In this document: in pieces, positions 1 to 10,539 of the stretch
Layout of the letters: each line of letters begins with the position of its first letter
How positions within the stretch are numbered: position 1 is the first letter of the stretch
From: Veleropilina oligotropha
Taxonomy: Eukaryota
DNA length: 64,000 nt
Direction: 5' to 3'
Assembly: GCA_048128005.1 (NCBI GenBank)
Contig: JBEUKZ010000025.1
Span: forward strand, 124,001-188,000
Translations under genes and position numbers: made by a program
The notes under the pieces: generated by a model
What the model saw: the letters and a program-made list of their open reading frames with translations, nothing else
Told to the model about the DNA's origin: nothing
Database searches by the model: none

Positions 1-69
1 TTAGTACTAGATTATATGTCAGCATGCCATTTTTGAATGTATTGACCTTTTAGTCGCTCCATAATAATA

Positions 70-464
70 TTAACTGGTACTGTAAAATATTCCACAAAAA
101 ATATGCCACACATATCCCAAACCTAATTCATTCAACATATTTTTAATAGATGACGACCATGTATTGTTATTAAAATATTCTAATTCTTTCTGATATCTTC
201 CGTAAATTAAAGTATTTCGATTACTCAAAATTTTCGCCCAATATTTAATTGCCTTTTCCCTTTGAGTGAGGTACAGTGACATTAATCCAAGTTCCCCGTA
301 ATCAGCGCTACTGTTTGTTGGGCTTTTTACATTTAATATTCTTTTACAAAATTTTCCATACCCCCATATTTTCATACCATATAATAATATTGGATTTATC
401 ATTAATTTAAATAAGTATAGTTTGGTGCTTGTGACAAGGTCAGGTCTAGCAGCAAAGTGTTTAA
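70..464 (-). pseudogene. RTE-X-like LINE ORF2, post-RT C-terminal fragment (piece 1 of a disrupted LINE)
   Basis: PILLYGMKIWG..KFCKRILNVK..YGELG..IKYWAKIL matches the same region of the LINE ORF2s at 37.6 kb and 45.4 kb; it continues the piece that ends at 15276. Confidence 0.8.
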
Positions 465-1112
465 AGGTCAAATATGGCAGTCATAAAATCGTATATTCGC
501 ACTAAACATTAAATATATGCTAAGTCAGTTAAAACAAAAAATATATTGAAATTACACCAAAATACTATTGTTTAAAGTTGTCACAAAGTTGGGCGTGTCC
601 AGCGAAACTTTCTTCGTGACCTGTGACCTTGCCAGCGATTATGACCGCAAAACCGTCCAAAAAATGCCATAATCATGACAGCTCGTGCTAGGACAATTAG
701 TGCGAAGATCGTGATAACTCGTGCCACATTCAATAGGACTTACGTCATTGCAAATAAAAATCGCACAAGAGTAAAAACATGTATATTACGGCAGTTTTGA
801 TAATCAAATAAGTACATTACACATAAATGCATTTCCATTAGCATTCATAAGTATACTATTCTCAGGGGCGTCGCGACCGGGGGGGTAAGGGGGGTATTTA
901 CCCCCCTAAAAGTTTGGAAGCAAGTGCCCTTGCATAAGCTTCATGTTAACGTCATTACACTATACGGACTTCATCGAAGACAAAATTAGCAACATACCAT
1001 AAATATGTTAAAGTATTTTGTTCTTAAATACCAGGAAAATGCATCTGAGGCACTTAAATTCTGCAAAGGGCTTCGCGCCTTTAGCGATCGCACTACTGGC
1101 TCAGGCAATATG

Positions 1113-1980
1113 CATACTAGTACTTGCCAACCCTACCGACTCACGCGGTAGGTTACCGATTTTATAAGACTACTACCGACTACCGTTTTAAATAGATAGC
1201 ATACCGATTCGAGATTTTAATAACGAGCACGCAGTGCATGCGAACGGCAATGTTCGCCTATACGGTAGTACACAGGAAAGATTATTTGCCATGATCGAAC
1301 ACGCATAATATTCAACCAATGAAATTGTCAGGAGGGTTTGCTGGTCAATCTTTGCCATGGTCGATTTCGCGAATAATTATTGCTTGCAAAGTTGGCCCTA
1401 GCTATTTCGTTCATTAGTTTTGTAAGCGTAATCAATAAAGACATTTCATTGCGAGATTTCCGGATATGTATAAACTAGGCCTATATGCAACATATTAGAT
1501 AATCGTACCGAATGTTCAATCAATATCATTATGTAATCATTTGTGGCATAGGCTAGACAATTACTGCAGTTGGACAAGTTCTTTCGTTATCTTATCAGCG
1601 ATTCGCCGTCAGAATTCTCCCCCCCCCCCCCTAGAACACTTGTAAACCATGTCCGTAATATAGTGTCTGTAAAAAATAGTATTGAACAAACGAAGTACCG
1701 TACGTAGTCAATTTATATTTCAGAATTCAGGAAAATATGTGGGTACTCACATTATCGAATATTTATTTTAACATGTTTTTAACAATTTCTGCTCTCCAAA
1801 CATGAAATTTTGAGGCAAAAAAAATGTCAATTTTTGTCCTAGAATGCAGGAGAACGCTTCTCAGAGCTTCTAAATTAAAAAAATCTTGGGGGGGCATGCC
1901 CCCAAACCCCCCTAGATATTCGCGGCCTACGGCCGCTCACGTGACTACCTCTTTCTTGCCATAAAAGGTTGCAAAGTATG
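1113..1980. mobile_element. MITE with CATAC...GTATG ends and 7-8 bp TSD (P- or hAT-like)
   Basis: catac(tagtac)ttgccaacc / ggttgcaaagtatg; caatatg at 1106-1112 and 1981-1987. Confidence 0.6.
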
Positions 1981-2057
1981 CAATATGCGGTGCCCTTGGT
2001 TAATGATACCCCCCTAACATCAAAATGAGGTTTTAATTTAAACCTAATATTAGTATA

Positions 2058-2265
2058 AAACATACTTACGTCCTTACTCTTGCCATAATAGTAATATTAT
2101 CGCTAACCGGAAACAGTGAATAAGTCACATTATGCACTATTAATAAGTCAAAAACGTACCACGGTTACCTCCCCTGCTCCCCCTCTCCTACGTTCCCCCG
2201 CGAGACCTCGCCAAGTCTCGCGAGACTTCTGAACCATAGAAGTCACAAGACCTCAATTCAAAGTT
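2058..2265. repeat. DIRS inverted terminal repeat (3' ITR of the minus-strand element)
   Basis: Reverse complement of 9246-9452, differing by one base in a C/G run. Confidence 0.93.
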
Positions 2266-2325
2266 CAAAAACCACAAGGAACGTAGTAGAGGGGAGGAAT
2301 GCGAAACGCAGGGTGGGTAATCGTG

Positions 2326-2416
2326 GTAAGGACGTAAGTATGTTTTATACTAATATTAGGTTTAAATTAAAACCTCATATGTAGTTACAAACATACTTAC
2401 GTCCTTACTCTTGCCA
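2326..2416. repeat. DIRS internal complementary region (ICR)
   Basis: 2326-2378 is the reverse complement of 2025-2077; 2379-2416 is the reverse complement of 9425-9462. Confidence 0.92.
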
Positions 2417-3249
2417 GAATAACCTTGGATAGGTGGGTAAGACGTTCCTTACAACAAACCCAAACAAGATAATGACTTACTTTTCACCAATTCAATCAGC
2501 ATGAAGCGTCGATTGTGTCCGCCTAGAGTGGAATTTTACTGAGTATTATATTCTACTCTTACCAAGCGAGAATTTCGACCAGTGTTACCGGGAGAATACG
2601 CCGTGGTATTAGTCGGACGAGGTGAACGGAAGTGCAATCAGCCCCAGGCACGGCCGGAAGGATAAATCCCTGTAGGTCTTACGTGTCATGGACCAGTGGC
2701 AGCCAAATGGAACTCCGGGCCCATAGGCCGGTAGCCAGAGGATGCAGTCGGATTTGTAAGCACACGGAACCTAACAGGTTGTGAAAGCTTTAAATCAAAA
2801 GCAAAGAATTAATAGATTATTATAAATAATCGATATTAATAAGTAATTCGCATGACCAACTTGCGAACGCTAACATGGACGACATGTCACTTAAAATAAA
2901 TTTTAAGGAAGCAAAAATGTTCGACATGTTACTTAAAAATAAATCTTAAGGAATCAAAAATTTTCAATGTATTGAACATCGTATGTTCGATTACAGCAAA
3001 GAACATAATAATATTGAACCTCAATCTTTTTTAAGATTTGTGCAAAATTATAAAAGTTATTTTATTAAATTCAATGTAATCTGGCTGTCAACACTCAGGT
3101 CTGACATGAAAAGTACAAAATCTTAAAATAGATTTAAGAAATGGACAGACATTGAACTGCCTCATAGGTGTTAATTTCATAGCACCGTTTGGCCAACAAA
3201 AATAAAATGGCGTCAGTAAATATGCAAATGATCAATCAGAGAACAATAC

Positions 3250-6207
3250 TTACTGGTTAGATGACCTCGGTCTAACAATGCATCTTTGTGCAGCAACACA
3301 CTGTAAACTGCTCAAACCATCAGCACCTGTTGAGTAGTCCCGCAGATAATGTTTAACAAACACATTAGCGTGTTTCCAATAACCTGCTTGAAGTAACGCA
3401 GTGATATTCAAACTATGTCGGAAGGCAACAGAAGCAGCAATAGCCCGGACCTCGTGAGCGCGGACCGATAAAATAGTGCGGTCTTCGTTGTCACAGCGGA
3501 TGTATACATCTCTCACTGTCTGTGAAATCCACCGCGAAACAGTAGTCCTCGTAATGTCGCGGGTGTAGGTGGGCAAATACGATATGAATAAACGGAATTT
3601 TCCCTGCCGCAAATTACGGGTTCTGTCTAGGTAGAACCGAAGCGCCCGGACCGGGCAATTGAAGCGGTCTGTGTCGCGCCTTCCGACTAGCGTTAGCTTG
3701 GGGATAACAACATCGGGTGCGTCCTCGTTCGGCCGTTGGTTCTTGGCTAGAAAGCCCAGAATAGGACGCAGTATCACCGACCCGTCTGACTGGAATCGTA
3801 TATCTCATAGCTCGGAGGAGAAAGCATGAATCTCGGAACAACGCCTGCCCGACGCTAAGGCGATCAGAAAAACCGTTTTGTGCGTCAAGTTCCTCATGGT
3901 TATCTCGGACATCGGCTCATACGGGGGTAAGAGTAATGCGTTAAGAATAAGTACGATATTCCAAGCAGGTGGCTTGATTTTCCGGGTCGGTATCTCGAGT
4001 TCGTAAGATCGTATAAAATCTGATATCGTTCGGTCGCTTGATAGGCCAGCATGGGCACGACACTGCTTTAGCGTGGTCGCGATCGTTGCCCGATAGCCTT
4101 TGACGGCGGACACTGACATACCGCGGTCGAAGAGCGACGATAAAAACTCGATAAACTTGTTCACAGGGGGACGGAGTATATTGACCTGCCTGCTGTGACA
4201 CCAATCCACGTACTTAACCCATCGGTAGTCATAGACTTTTGTCGTGGAAATCCTTCTCGATCGGTAGATACGTAAGGCTGTAGCTTTAGAAAATCCTTTC
4301 TTAGCAAGGGATCGTTCGATAACCGCCAGGCGTGTAAACGTAAGTGGTTCGGCGACTCGTGGAGTACACGGGTGCGTGGCTGCATTAACAGGTCTAGTTT
4401 CTGCGGTAACGCTAACGGTCGATCGACGATCAGATCGAGGAGGGTCGGAAACCAAGGTTGCGTGCGATACAGGGGCGCTATTAGCGTTATCTCGCAACGT
4501 TCGGTCGCTGCCTTCTGTAATACCAGTGATAGAATGCACGTCGGGGGGAAGGCATACGCGGACAGATTCTCCCATGTCATTGACAGTGCGTCGACCGCTA
4601 GGGCGGCCGGGTCTGGGTACGGGGAGACATACAGAGGTAGTCGGTAATTGAATTCTGTTGCAAACAAATCGACTTGGGGTTGTGACCACCGGCGACAAAC
4701 GTCCCGAGCTACTCGGCTGTGTAGCGTCCACTCTGTGTGTATAATCTGTGATTTCCGAGAGAGCGAATCCGCTCTGACATTCAGCTTTCCCGGGATGTGT
4801 CGGGCTCGAATCGTCGAGTTGAGGGACATCACTAAGCGGTGTAGGTCTATTGCTCGGTCGCATAGGGGACGCGAGCGAGTGCCGCCCTGGTGCTGTATGT
4901 AAGCGACGACAGTCGTGTTGTCCGTGGCGAGCATTATGTGCTTGTTGCGGAGATGTAACGAGAGGGACCGTACTGACAGGAAGACGGCTTCTAACTCTAG
5001 GAAGTTGATATGTCGTCCCTGAAGGTCTGTCGGCCATAGGCCTGATGTCTCGTAACTGTCGAGGTGACCACCCCAGCCGTCGTTCGAAGCGTCTGTGAAC
5101 AGGTAAGCGTTCGGCTCTGGTGGGGATATAGGAACCGACTGGTCCGGCAAAGCGGGGTTCAACCACACTGCTGTCGTGTCGGTAAACCAATGCCGTAGAT
5201 CGATGCGATCCGTCCACTGCCCCGTCCGTTGTATCCAGCGATCCCTGAACGCCTGTTGTAACGGTCTTTTGTCCATGCGACCCGTCGGTAGCAGGGGCGC
5301 TACCGACTCGATGTGCCCCAGGACAGTGGCCAGTTGTCGCGCCGTAGTTATGTCCGATGACAGGGTGTCTTGGATAACCGCGCGTAGGTTCCGCATACGC
5401 TTCTGGGTCGGCTTCGCGGTGTACCGGACCGTATCGAAGTCGACTCCGAGGAACGTAAACGTCGTCGAGGGTACGAAGCAGGATTTTGTCTCGTTGATCT
5501 GAAATCCCAGGCGCTTCGTCGATGACAGGGTAAAGCTCGTAGACCGGAGGCACAGATCTCGGGACGCCCCGAGGATCAGCCAGTCGTCGAGGTACATATG
5601 TACCCTGTGCCCTAGAGAGTGTAGGAAGGCCCCTAGGGCCTGTACTGTTCTCGTGAAGACGTACGGGGCTGGCGATAGACCGAACGGTAGGCACCTGAAT
5701 TGGTAGATCGTCTCCCCGTGTATAAACCGAAGGTACTGATGAGCCGTGATATGCATCGGGACATGCAGATACGCGTCGGCCAGATCGATAGACGCTGCCC
5801 AGTCGCCCGGACGGATGGCCGCTCGAATCTTCGAGAGGGTTTCTTGCTGGAATTTCTCGGTACGAAGATATCTGTTTAGATACGAGAGATCGAGGATCGG
5901 TCTCCAGCGGCCATCGGGTTTCGGGACCAGGAAGAAATGGCTGTAAAATCCTGGTGTGCTGGGCGGCGCGGGATATATCGCTCTTTTTAGGAGCAAATCC
6001 CGCACTGCCTGGTCTAAGACCGCTTGTTTCTCTCCGTTTAGGAGGCGAGCGTGTCTTGTTGGTGGTGCCTCGGTTAAGGTCGGATGCCGGTTGAATGCCA
6101 ACTTGTATCCGGCACTCACGACTAAGTGGACCCAGTTGCTGTCTGTCAGCTCTAGCCACGACTGGCTGTGTGCTAACAGGCACGCTCCCACCGGCGGAAG
6201 CGGGCAA
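3250..6207 (-). pseudogene. DIRS ORF3 tyrosine recombinase, one in-frame TGA at 3805-3807
   Basis: ORFs 3805..6207 and 3250..3777 share a frame; catalytic motifs ASGRRCSEI (R), AKNQ (K), AHEVR (HxxR), GYW, KHYL (Y). Confidence 0.92.
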
Positions 6208-6443
6208 CTGGGGCCGTCGCGAATGCCGGCAGCCCTAGGGCCGAGGCTTCCCTCTCCCGCTCTGCTTGCGGGATTTTGCTGGAGGTGCTTGCCTCTTTGG
6301 AGTGGGTTTATTGGCCGGAGGCCTACCACCCGAAGAGGGCTTCGCACGCTTAGAAGGCTTCGGGGCCCGGGTGGGCCCTGAGCGCTTCCTCGAGTCGGTA
6401 GGTGGACCCCGAGTGGGGTGCAGTACTGCCTTCTCGATGGCAC
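4161..6443 (-). CDS. DIRS ORF2: reverse transcriptase, RNase H and N6-adenine methyltransferase-like domain
   Basis: RPILDLS, IDLADAY, LPFGLS, YLDD; FTDAS, INFLELEA, TDN, ADSLSR; DLFA...AYAFPP. True start uncertain. Confidence 0.93.
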   Translation of the reverse strand: MPSRRQYCTPLGVHLPTRGSAQGPPGPRSLLSVRSPLRVVGLRPINPLQRGKHLQQNPASRAGEGSLGPRAAGIRDGPSCPLPPVGACLLAHSQSWLELTDSNWVHLVVSAGYKLAFNRHPTLTEAPPTRHARLLNGEKQAVLDQAVRDLLLKRAIYPAPPSTPGFYSHFFLVPKPDGRWRPILDLSYLNRYLRTEKFQQETLSKIRAAIRPGDWAASIDLADAYLHVPMHITAHQYLRFIHGETIYQFRCLPFGLSPAPYVFTRTVQALGAFLHSLGHRVHMYLDDWLILGASRDLCLRSTSFTLSSTKRLGFQINETKSCFVPSTTFTFLGVDFDTVRYTAKPTQKRMRNLRAVIQDTLSSDITTARQLATVLGHIESVAPLLPTGRMDKRPLQQAFRDRWIQRTGQWTDRIDLRHWFTDTTAVWLNPALPDQSVPISPPEPNAYLFTDASNDGWGGHLDSYETSGLWPTDLQGRHINFLELEAVFLSVRSLSLHLRNKHIMLATDNTTVVAYIQHQGGTRSRPLCDRAIDLHRLVMSLNSTIRARHIPGKLNVRADSLSRKSQIIHTEWTLHSRVARDVCRRWSQPQVDLFATEFNYRLPLYVSPYPDPAALAVDALSMTWENLSAYAFPPTCILSLVLQKAATERCEITLIAPLYRTQPWFPTLLDLIVDRPLALPQKLDLLMQPRTRVLHESPNHLRLHAWRLSNDPLLRKDFLKLQPYVSTDREGFPRQKSMTTDGLSTWIGVTAGRSIYSVPL

Positions 6444-8496
6444 GGTCCTTCATGTCCGCCGCTCTCTTGTCAACGAACTCCGAAAAGTTGTCACCAAAGA
6501 GAGTGGTGGCCGAGCAAGGTACACATCGCAACGAGCGCCGGGTGGGCTCGTCCAGCGAGGTACCTTCCAGGCAAGCATCCCTACGAAGTAGGAGGGCATT
6601 GCCCAGGACACGTCCCGTCTCCAACGCGCTGGTCTCCTGCGCGGCAGCAACCTCCTGGAGGAAGGACAGGGCAGCCTCGGGGGCGCCGGGTCCATCCTCC
6701 TGTAGTACGGCTATCGCGCCGTCCAAGAAAAAGTCCTGAACAGACGATAGCCGTAGAGCCCGTCGGGCGGCGCTCTCGAAAGCTTCCAAGGCGGACCAAG
6801 GAACTTTCGCTACGGAGGGAGTGTGACTGGCGGTCAGTCGACGCAACGAAGCGTCCACACGAGCCGGCTCAGTCGCCAGGCACGGACCAGTGCATTCGAA
6901 CGGGATCGCTCGAGTACTGGCCCGGAGGTACCTCCCACTACGGAACCCCGAAGGGAACTCGTTCAGCGGGGAGGACTCCACCGGATTGCGCCCCTGAACG
7001 AGCTTGGTGATCGAGTCTACAACCAGATCCACCAGCCCGGACTGAGGTAAGGAGGGGAGCTCGGGGGCTTCCCTACCAACAAACCGATGTGCTGCCGTCC
7101 TATGCTTGGCTACGTCTACAGCCGACCGAGTCGGTTCCGACAAGCCAAGCACCCCGCGAAGTGACGCAACGGCGTCGAGCCTTCGGCGGGTGGAGGAGGT
7201 CGGCTCCTGCGTGCCTGTAAGACTAATGTCTTCGGGCCCGACCGATTCAGGGAGGTCGGTGTGATTGGAACCGAGGTCCTCGTCGGAACGAGGGTCGATG
7301 TCCATCACTGAGGCAGGAGCCGTGCTCTGCGCCATGGGCAGATGTGTAGGTACCGGGCGCGGCTCGGGAGCCGTCGGCCAGGCCTTACACCGTTCCTCGA
7401 TCCCCGCCGCGATCCATGCCTGGACGTCCTCAAAAGAGAAACCCGGAGGCAGGACGGGCGTTGAACTAACAGCCGGTAGTTCAGCCGAGGAAACCGTGGC
7501 GCTAGGTAGACGGGCTGCACGGACAGGTGGTACCGAGGACCAGGGTCCACGGGCACTTGTCGAGGGGTCGAACCCGAAGGACTGGCCCGAAGGCACAGTC
7601 AGTGGGCCGGACGACCGATAGGACTGCGGCAACAGTTCTGATCGGTCTACCACTCTGTTCGAGCGAGGCACGGACGGAAAACCGCCGTAGAACCCCGTCC
7701 CGAACGCAGCCGGTCTGTCCACGTCCTCTAGCGTGACCACGGTGGGTGCACGGGAGAGACCGGGCCCTCTGAACGTCTCGTGAGCCTCGAGGTTGAGCGG
7801 AAAACCCCTAGGGGAAGTCGCGTCGTTCTCGAGCGAGGATTCAGGCGTCGCCAATTGTCCGAGTCTTAGACCTACAAGTAGGTGCCCGGCCTCTTTAAAG
7901 GCTTTCTCTGCATTGGGTCTGTCCCCGTCGCTAGACGGAGAGTTTCCCGCAGAAGGACTAACTGTCCCCTTATTCTTCGAGGCCGAAGAATAGGATGGGG
8001 ATGGTCTGCCCTGTTCAGCTGTTCGCTGCGCTGTCATGTATACCTTGCTAGCCGGCAAGGTATGGCTGACTGCAGTTACTAGGCCCGGTTGAGGAGGAAC
8101 GGTCGACACTCGGGTCTTTACCTGAATCTGGGGTACCGGCAAGGTTTCGGTGACTCCCCGAAGAGTCGCGGAGGTTTCGCCGGTGGATCCGGCGACAGAC
8201 GTCCCCTTGTGTCGGCTGTCGTCCAGCGTCCCTGAAGCAGACAATGAAGAAACATTAGGTAACTTACCGGTCTCTTCCTGACCCTTCTCCGGGGGAGGAC
8301 CCACCGTGGCAGCCGCCCTGGTCGACTTACCCTGGTGAGACAGAACTGCCCACTGCTTATCTGATAGAAGAAAGCACAGATCACATTGATGTTGTATACT
8401 ACAGCTACGGTGAATACGACATTCCTTGTGCCTATCAAATCCGTGAATTTTCTGGTTACACCCGGAGCTACTGCACCGGACCATAGCTAAATACAC
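6235..8496 (-). CDS. DIRS ORF1 gag-like protein
   Basis: 753-aa ORF upstream of and overlapping RT; Cys/His-rich N-terminus, LLLRRDA..L motif, basic C-terminus. Confidence 0.85.
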   Translation of the reverse strand: MYLAMVRCSSSGCNQKIHGFDRHKECRIHRSCSIQHQCDLCFLLSDKQWAVLSHQGKSTRAAATVGPPPEKGQEETGKLPNVSSLSASGTLDDSRHKGTSVAGSTGETSATLRGVTETLPVPQIQVKTRVSTVPPQPGLVTAVSHTLPASKVYMTAQRTAEQGRPSPSYSSASKNKGTVSPSAGNSPSSDGDRPNAEKAFKEAGHLLVGLRLGQLATPESSLENDATSPRGFPLNLEAHETFRGPGLSRAPTVVTLEDVDRPAAFGTGFYGGFPSVPRSNRVVDRSELLPQSYRSSGPLTVPSGQSFGFDPSTSARGPWSSVPPVRAARLPSATVSSAELPAVSSTPVLPPGFSFEDVQAWIAAGIEERCKAWPTAPEPRPVPTHLPMAQSTAPASVMDIDPRSDEDLGSNHTDLPESVGPEDISLTGTQEPTSSTRRRLDAVASLRGVLGLSEPTRSAVDVAKHRTAAHRFVGREAPELPSLPQSGLVDLVVDSITKLVQGRNPVESSPLNEFPSGFRSGRYLRASTRAIPFECTGPCLATEPARVDASLRRLTASHTPSVAKVPWSALEAFESAARRALRLSSVQDFFLDGAIAVLQEDGPGAPEAALSFLQEVAAAQETSALETGRVLGNALLLRRDACLEGTSLDEPTRRSLRCVPCSATTLFGDNFSEFVDKRAADMKDRAIEKAVLHPTRGPPTDSRKRSGPTRAPKPSKRAKPSSGGRPPANKPTPKRQAPPAKSRKQSGRGKPRP

Positions 8497-9245
8497 GGGA
8501 GGGTGGACATGGGTAGACGGGGTAGGTAAATAGGTATATGTATGGTAGTTGTGACTTTAATACGACAACTCACAGAATTGCCCTGATCTGAAGATCAAAG
8601 ATCAAGCGATATACCGCAAATAAAACCCCGAACTGGGAACACCGAGGTCGGGTATTTTACCCGACCGACCCGGTAACCCGGCAAATTGACTAAAACAAAC
8701 GGTGGTTCTTTCCTCGAAAAAACCGCCCAGAAAAACACCTGAAAACCTCGTGGATGTTTTTATGTTAGTACAATGGCGTATTATCCCAGCAACGGCAGGA
8801 TATCAGAAAAAACGCAAGCGTGATATCAAAAGATCCTGCCTTTTAACAACGCTAGAAATTTTTTATATAATAAATAACCAGCAAATAGCGTTGTTAAGGA
8901 ATTATCCAATATAATGAGTTACCTGTTTGCAGTCTCAAACAATATCAGATAAATATACCGACCAGAAATTTCAGCTACACACGAAACTTTCCCTCTAAGC
9001 GGCCATTTTTAACAGCCACGGCGTCCTTGACGACGATGTCGGTTTCACTTTGATGTCCAGAACTCCTCGAAGTTTTGAGAATCACTCTTCTTATATTCAC
9101 TTGTGTCTTGTATCCACAACACAGGGTTATATTCCACTACTTATATTCTATATAAGTATAATACTGCGCCCTGATTTAACGTGAAATCGGGCGCCTATTT
9201 CGAAATATTTGCGGAGCAAAACAACGTCTTTCCGCGGCAGCGGAA

Positions 9246-9452
9246 AACTTTGAATTGAGGTCTTGTGACTTCTATGGTTCAGAAGTCTCGCGAGACTTGG
9301 CGAGGTCTCGCGGGGAACGTAGGAGAGGGGGAGCAGGGGAGGTAACCGTGGTACGTTTTTGACTTATTAATAGTGCATAATGTGACTTATTCACTGTTTC
9401 CGGTTAGCGATAATATTACTATTATGGCAAGAGTAAGGACGTAAGTATGTTT
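9246..9452. repeat. DIRS inverted terminal repeat (5' ITR)
   Basis: Reverse complement of 2058-2265. Confidence 0.93.
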
Positions 9453-10539
9453 GTAACTACATATGGTTGCGACGCGCCCCTGATTCTATGCTGATAATCT
9501 TCACACAAATTGCTCTGAACTCTGGAAATTTTCCTGCCACGATTTTGTTTTCACACGAGCTTCACCAACCAATCACTGTTATGGCGGCATACTGGCGATT
9601 ACCTAATACATTCGATGGCCGTGACATGTATTAATTATAAAGAATATCTAAACATTTTTTTCGTTGACAAATTTTTCAGAAAGTTTTTATTTGAATATTA
9701 GATAACATAAAACGATGGAATGACTAATTTTATATATCACTGTCGTATTTGACCATTAAAGCCGAGAACAGACAGGACGCGGACGGAAAAGTCACGCGGG
9801 CGGCAAGCGGAAAACAAAAACACACTGGATGCGTATACCAAGCGGCAAATCATGCATTGGTACAAGGGCTTGCATCATATTCCCTGGTTTATGTATTGGA
9901 TTTATGTTTTCGAACACGATGTTTTCTTAGAATTTGAGCACTTTGAGCAATGAACATTACTAATAATTAATTAATTATTCATCATCTTCATTATGATTGC
10001 CGTCCAGTGATTTCTTTTAGCAAATAAACAACTTTCATTTAAAATGCTATATAATTTGGTAACATTTAAAATATAATACATCAAGTGACAATGTATAACA
10101 GTGTGTCAGGTGTCGTATTTTAACTGCATGGAAATAAATCCCTCGGATTGACTTGTCCGATAACCATTGTCTTATATTAACTCCGCCAGGTCTTTCCTGG
10201 AAGAAAAACCCTCTATCTGGGTTAATAACCCATACTTAAAAACGTCACAAACGGGAATCTCCCCAAGCGGCAAATATCTCACGCGTCAAAAATCGATACA
10301 GCAGCGATTCTATCCGTCCGCGTTAAGCTGAGAACAGACAGGACGCGGGCGGAAAAGTCACGCGGGCGGCAAGCGGAACTCACGCGGAAAAACAAAACAC
10401 ACTGGATGCGTTTACCAAGCGTCTGCCAAGCGGCAAATCATACATTGACACAAGGGTTTGCATCATATTCCCGGGTTTACGTATTGGAATTGTTTTCAAA
10501 TGTCCACAAAGTGTTCATAATATTTGAGCAATTTGAGTA

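Larger units (their letters stand above)
2025..9465 (-). mobile_element. Full-length DIRS1-type tyrosine-recombinase retrotransposon
   Basis: Inverted terminal repeats, internal complementary region, and gag / RT-RNaseH-MT / YR ORFs in the canonical overlapping layout. Confidence 0.95.
863..9482. mobile_element. Non-autonomous TIR element with 5-bp TSD (hAT5-like), host of the MITE and DIRS
   Basis: TIRs caggggcgtcgcgacc / ggttgcgacgcgcccctg; ATTCT directly flanks both ends (858-862, 9483-9487). Confidence 0.7.
465..9755. mobile_element. Non-autonomous Kolobok-like TIR element (hosts nested insertions)
   Basis: TTAA at 461-464 and 9756-9759; imperfect TIRs aggtcaaatatggcagt / actgtcgtatttgacca. 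Confidence 0.65.

Noticed and set aside
4372..8438. Many short alternative-frame and antisense ORFs in the DIRS (likewise 26.5-32.9 kb and 59.5-63.6 kb)
   Set aside because: Expected by-products of GC-rich coding DNA; no motifs
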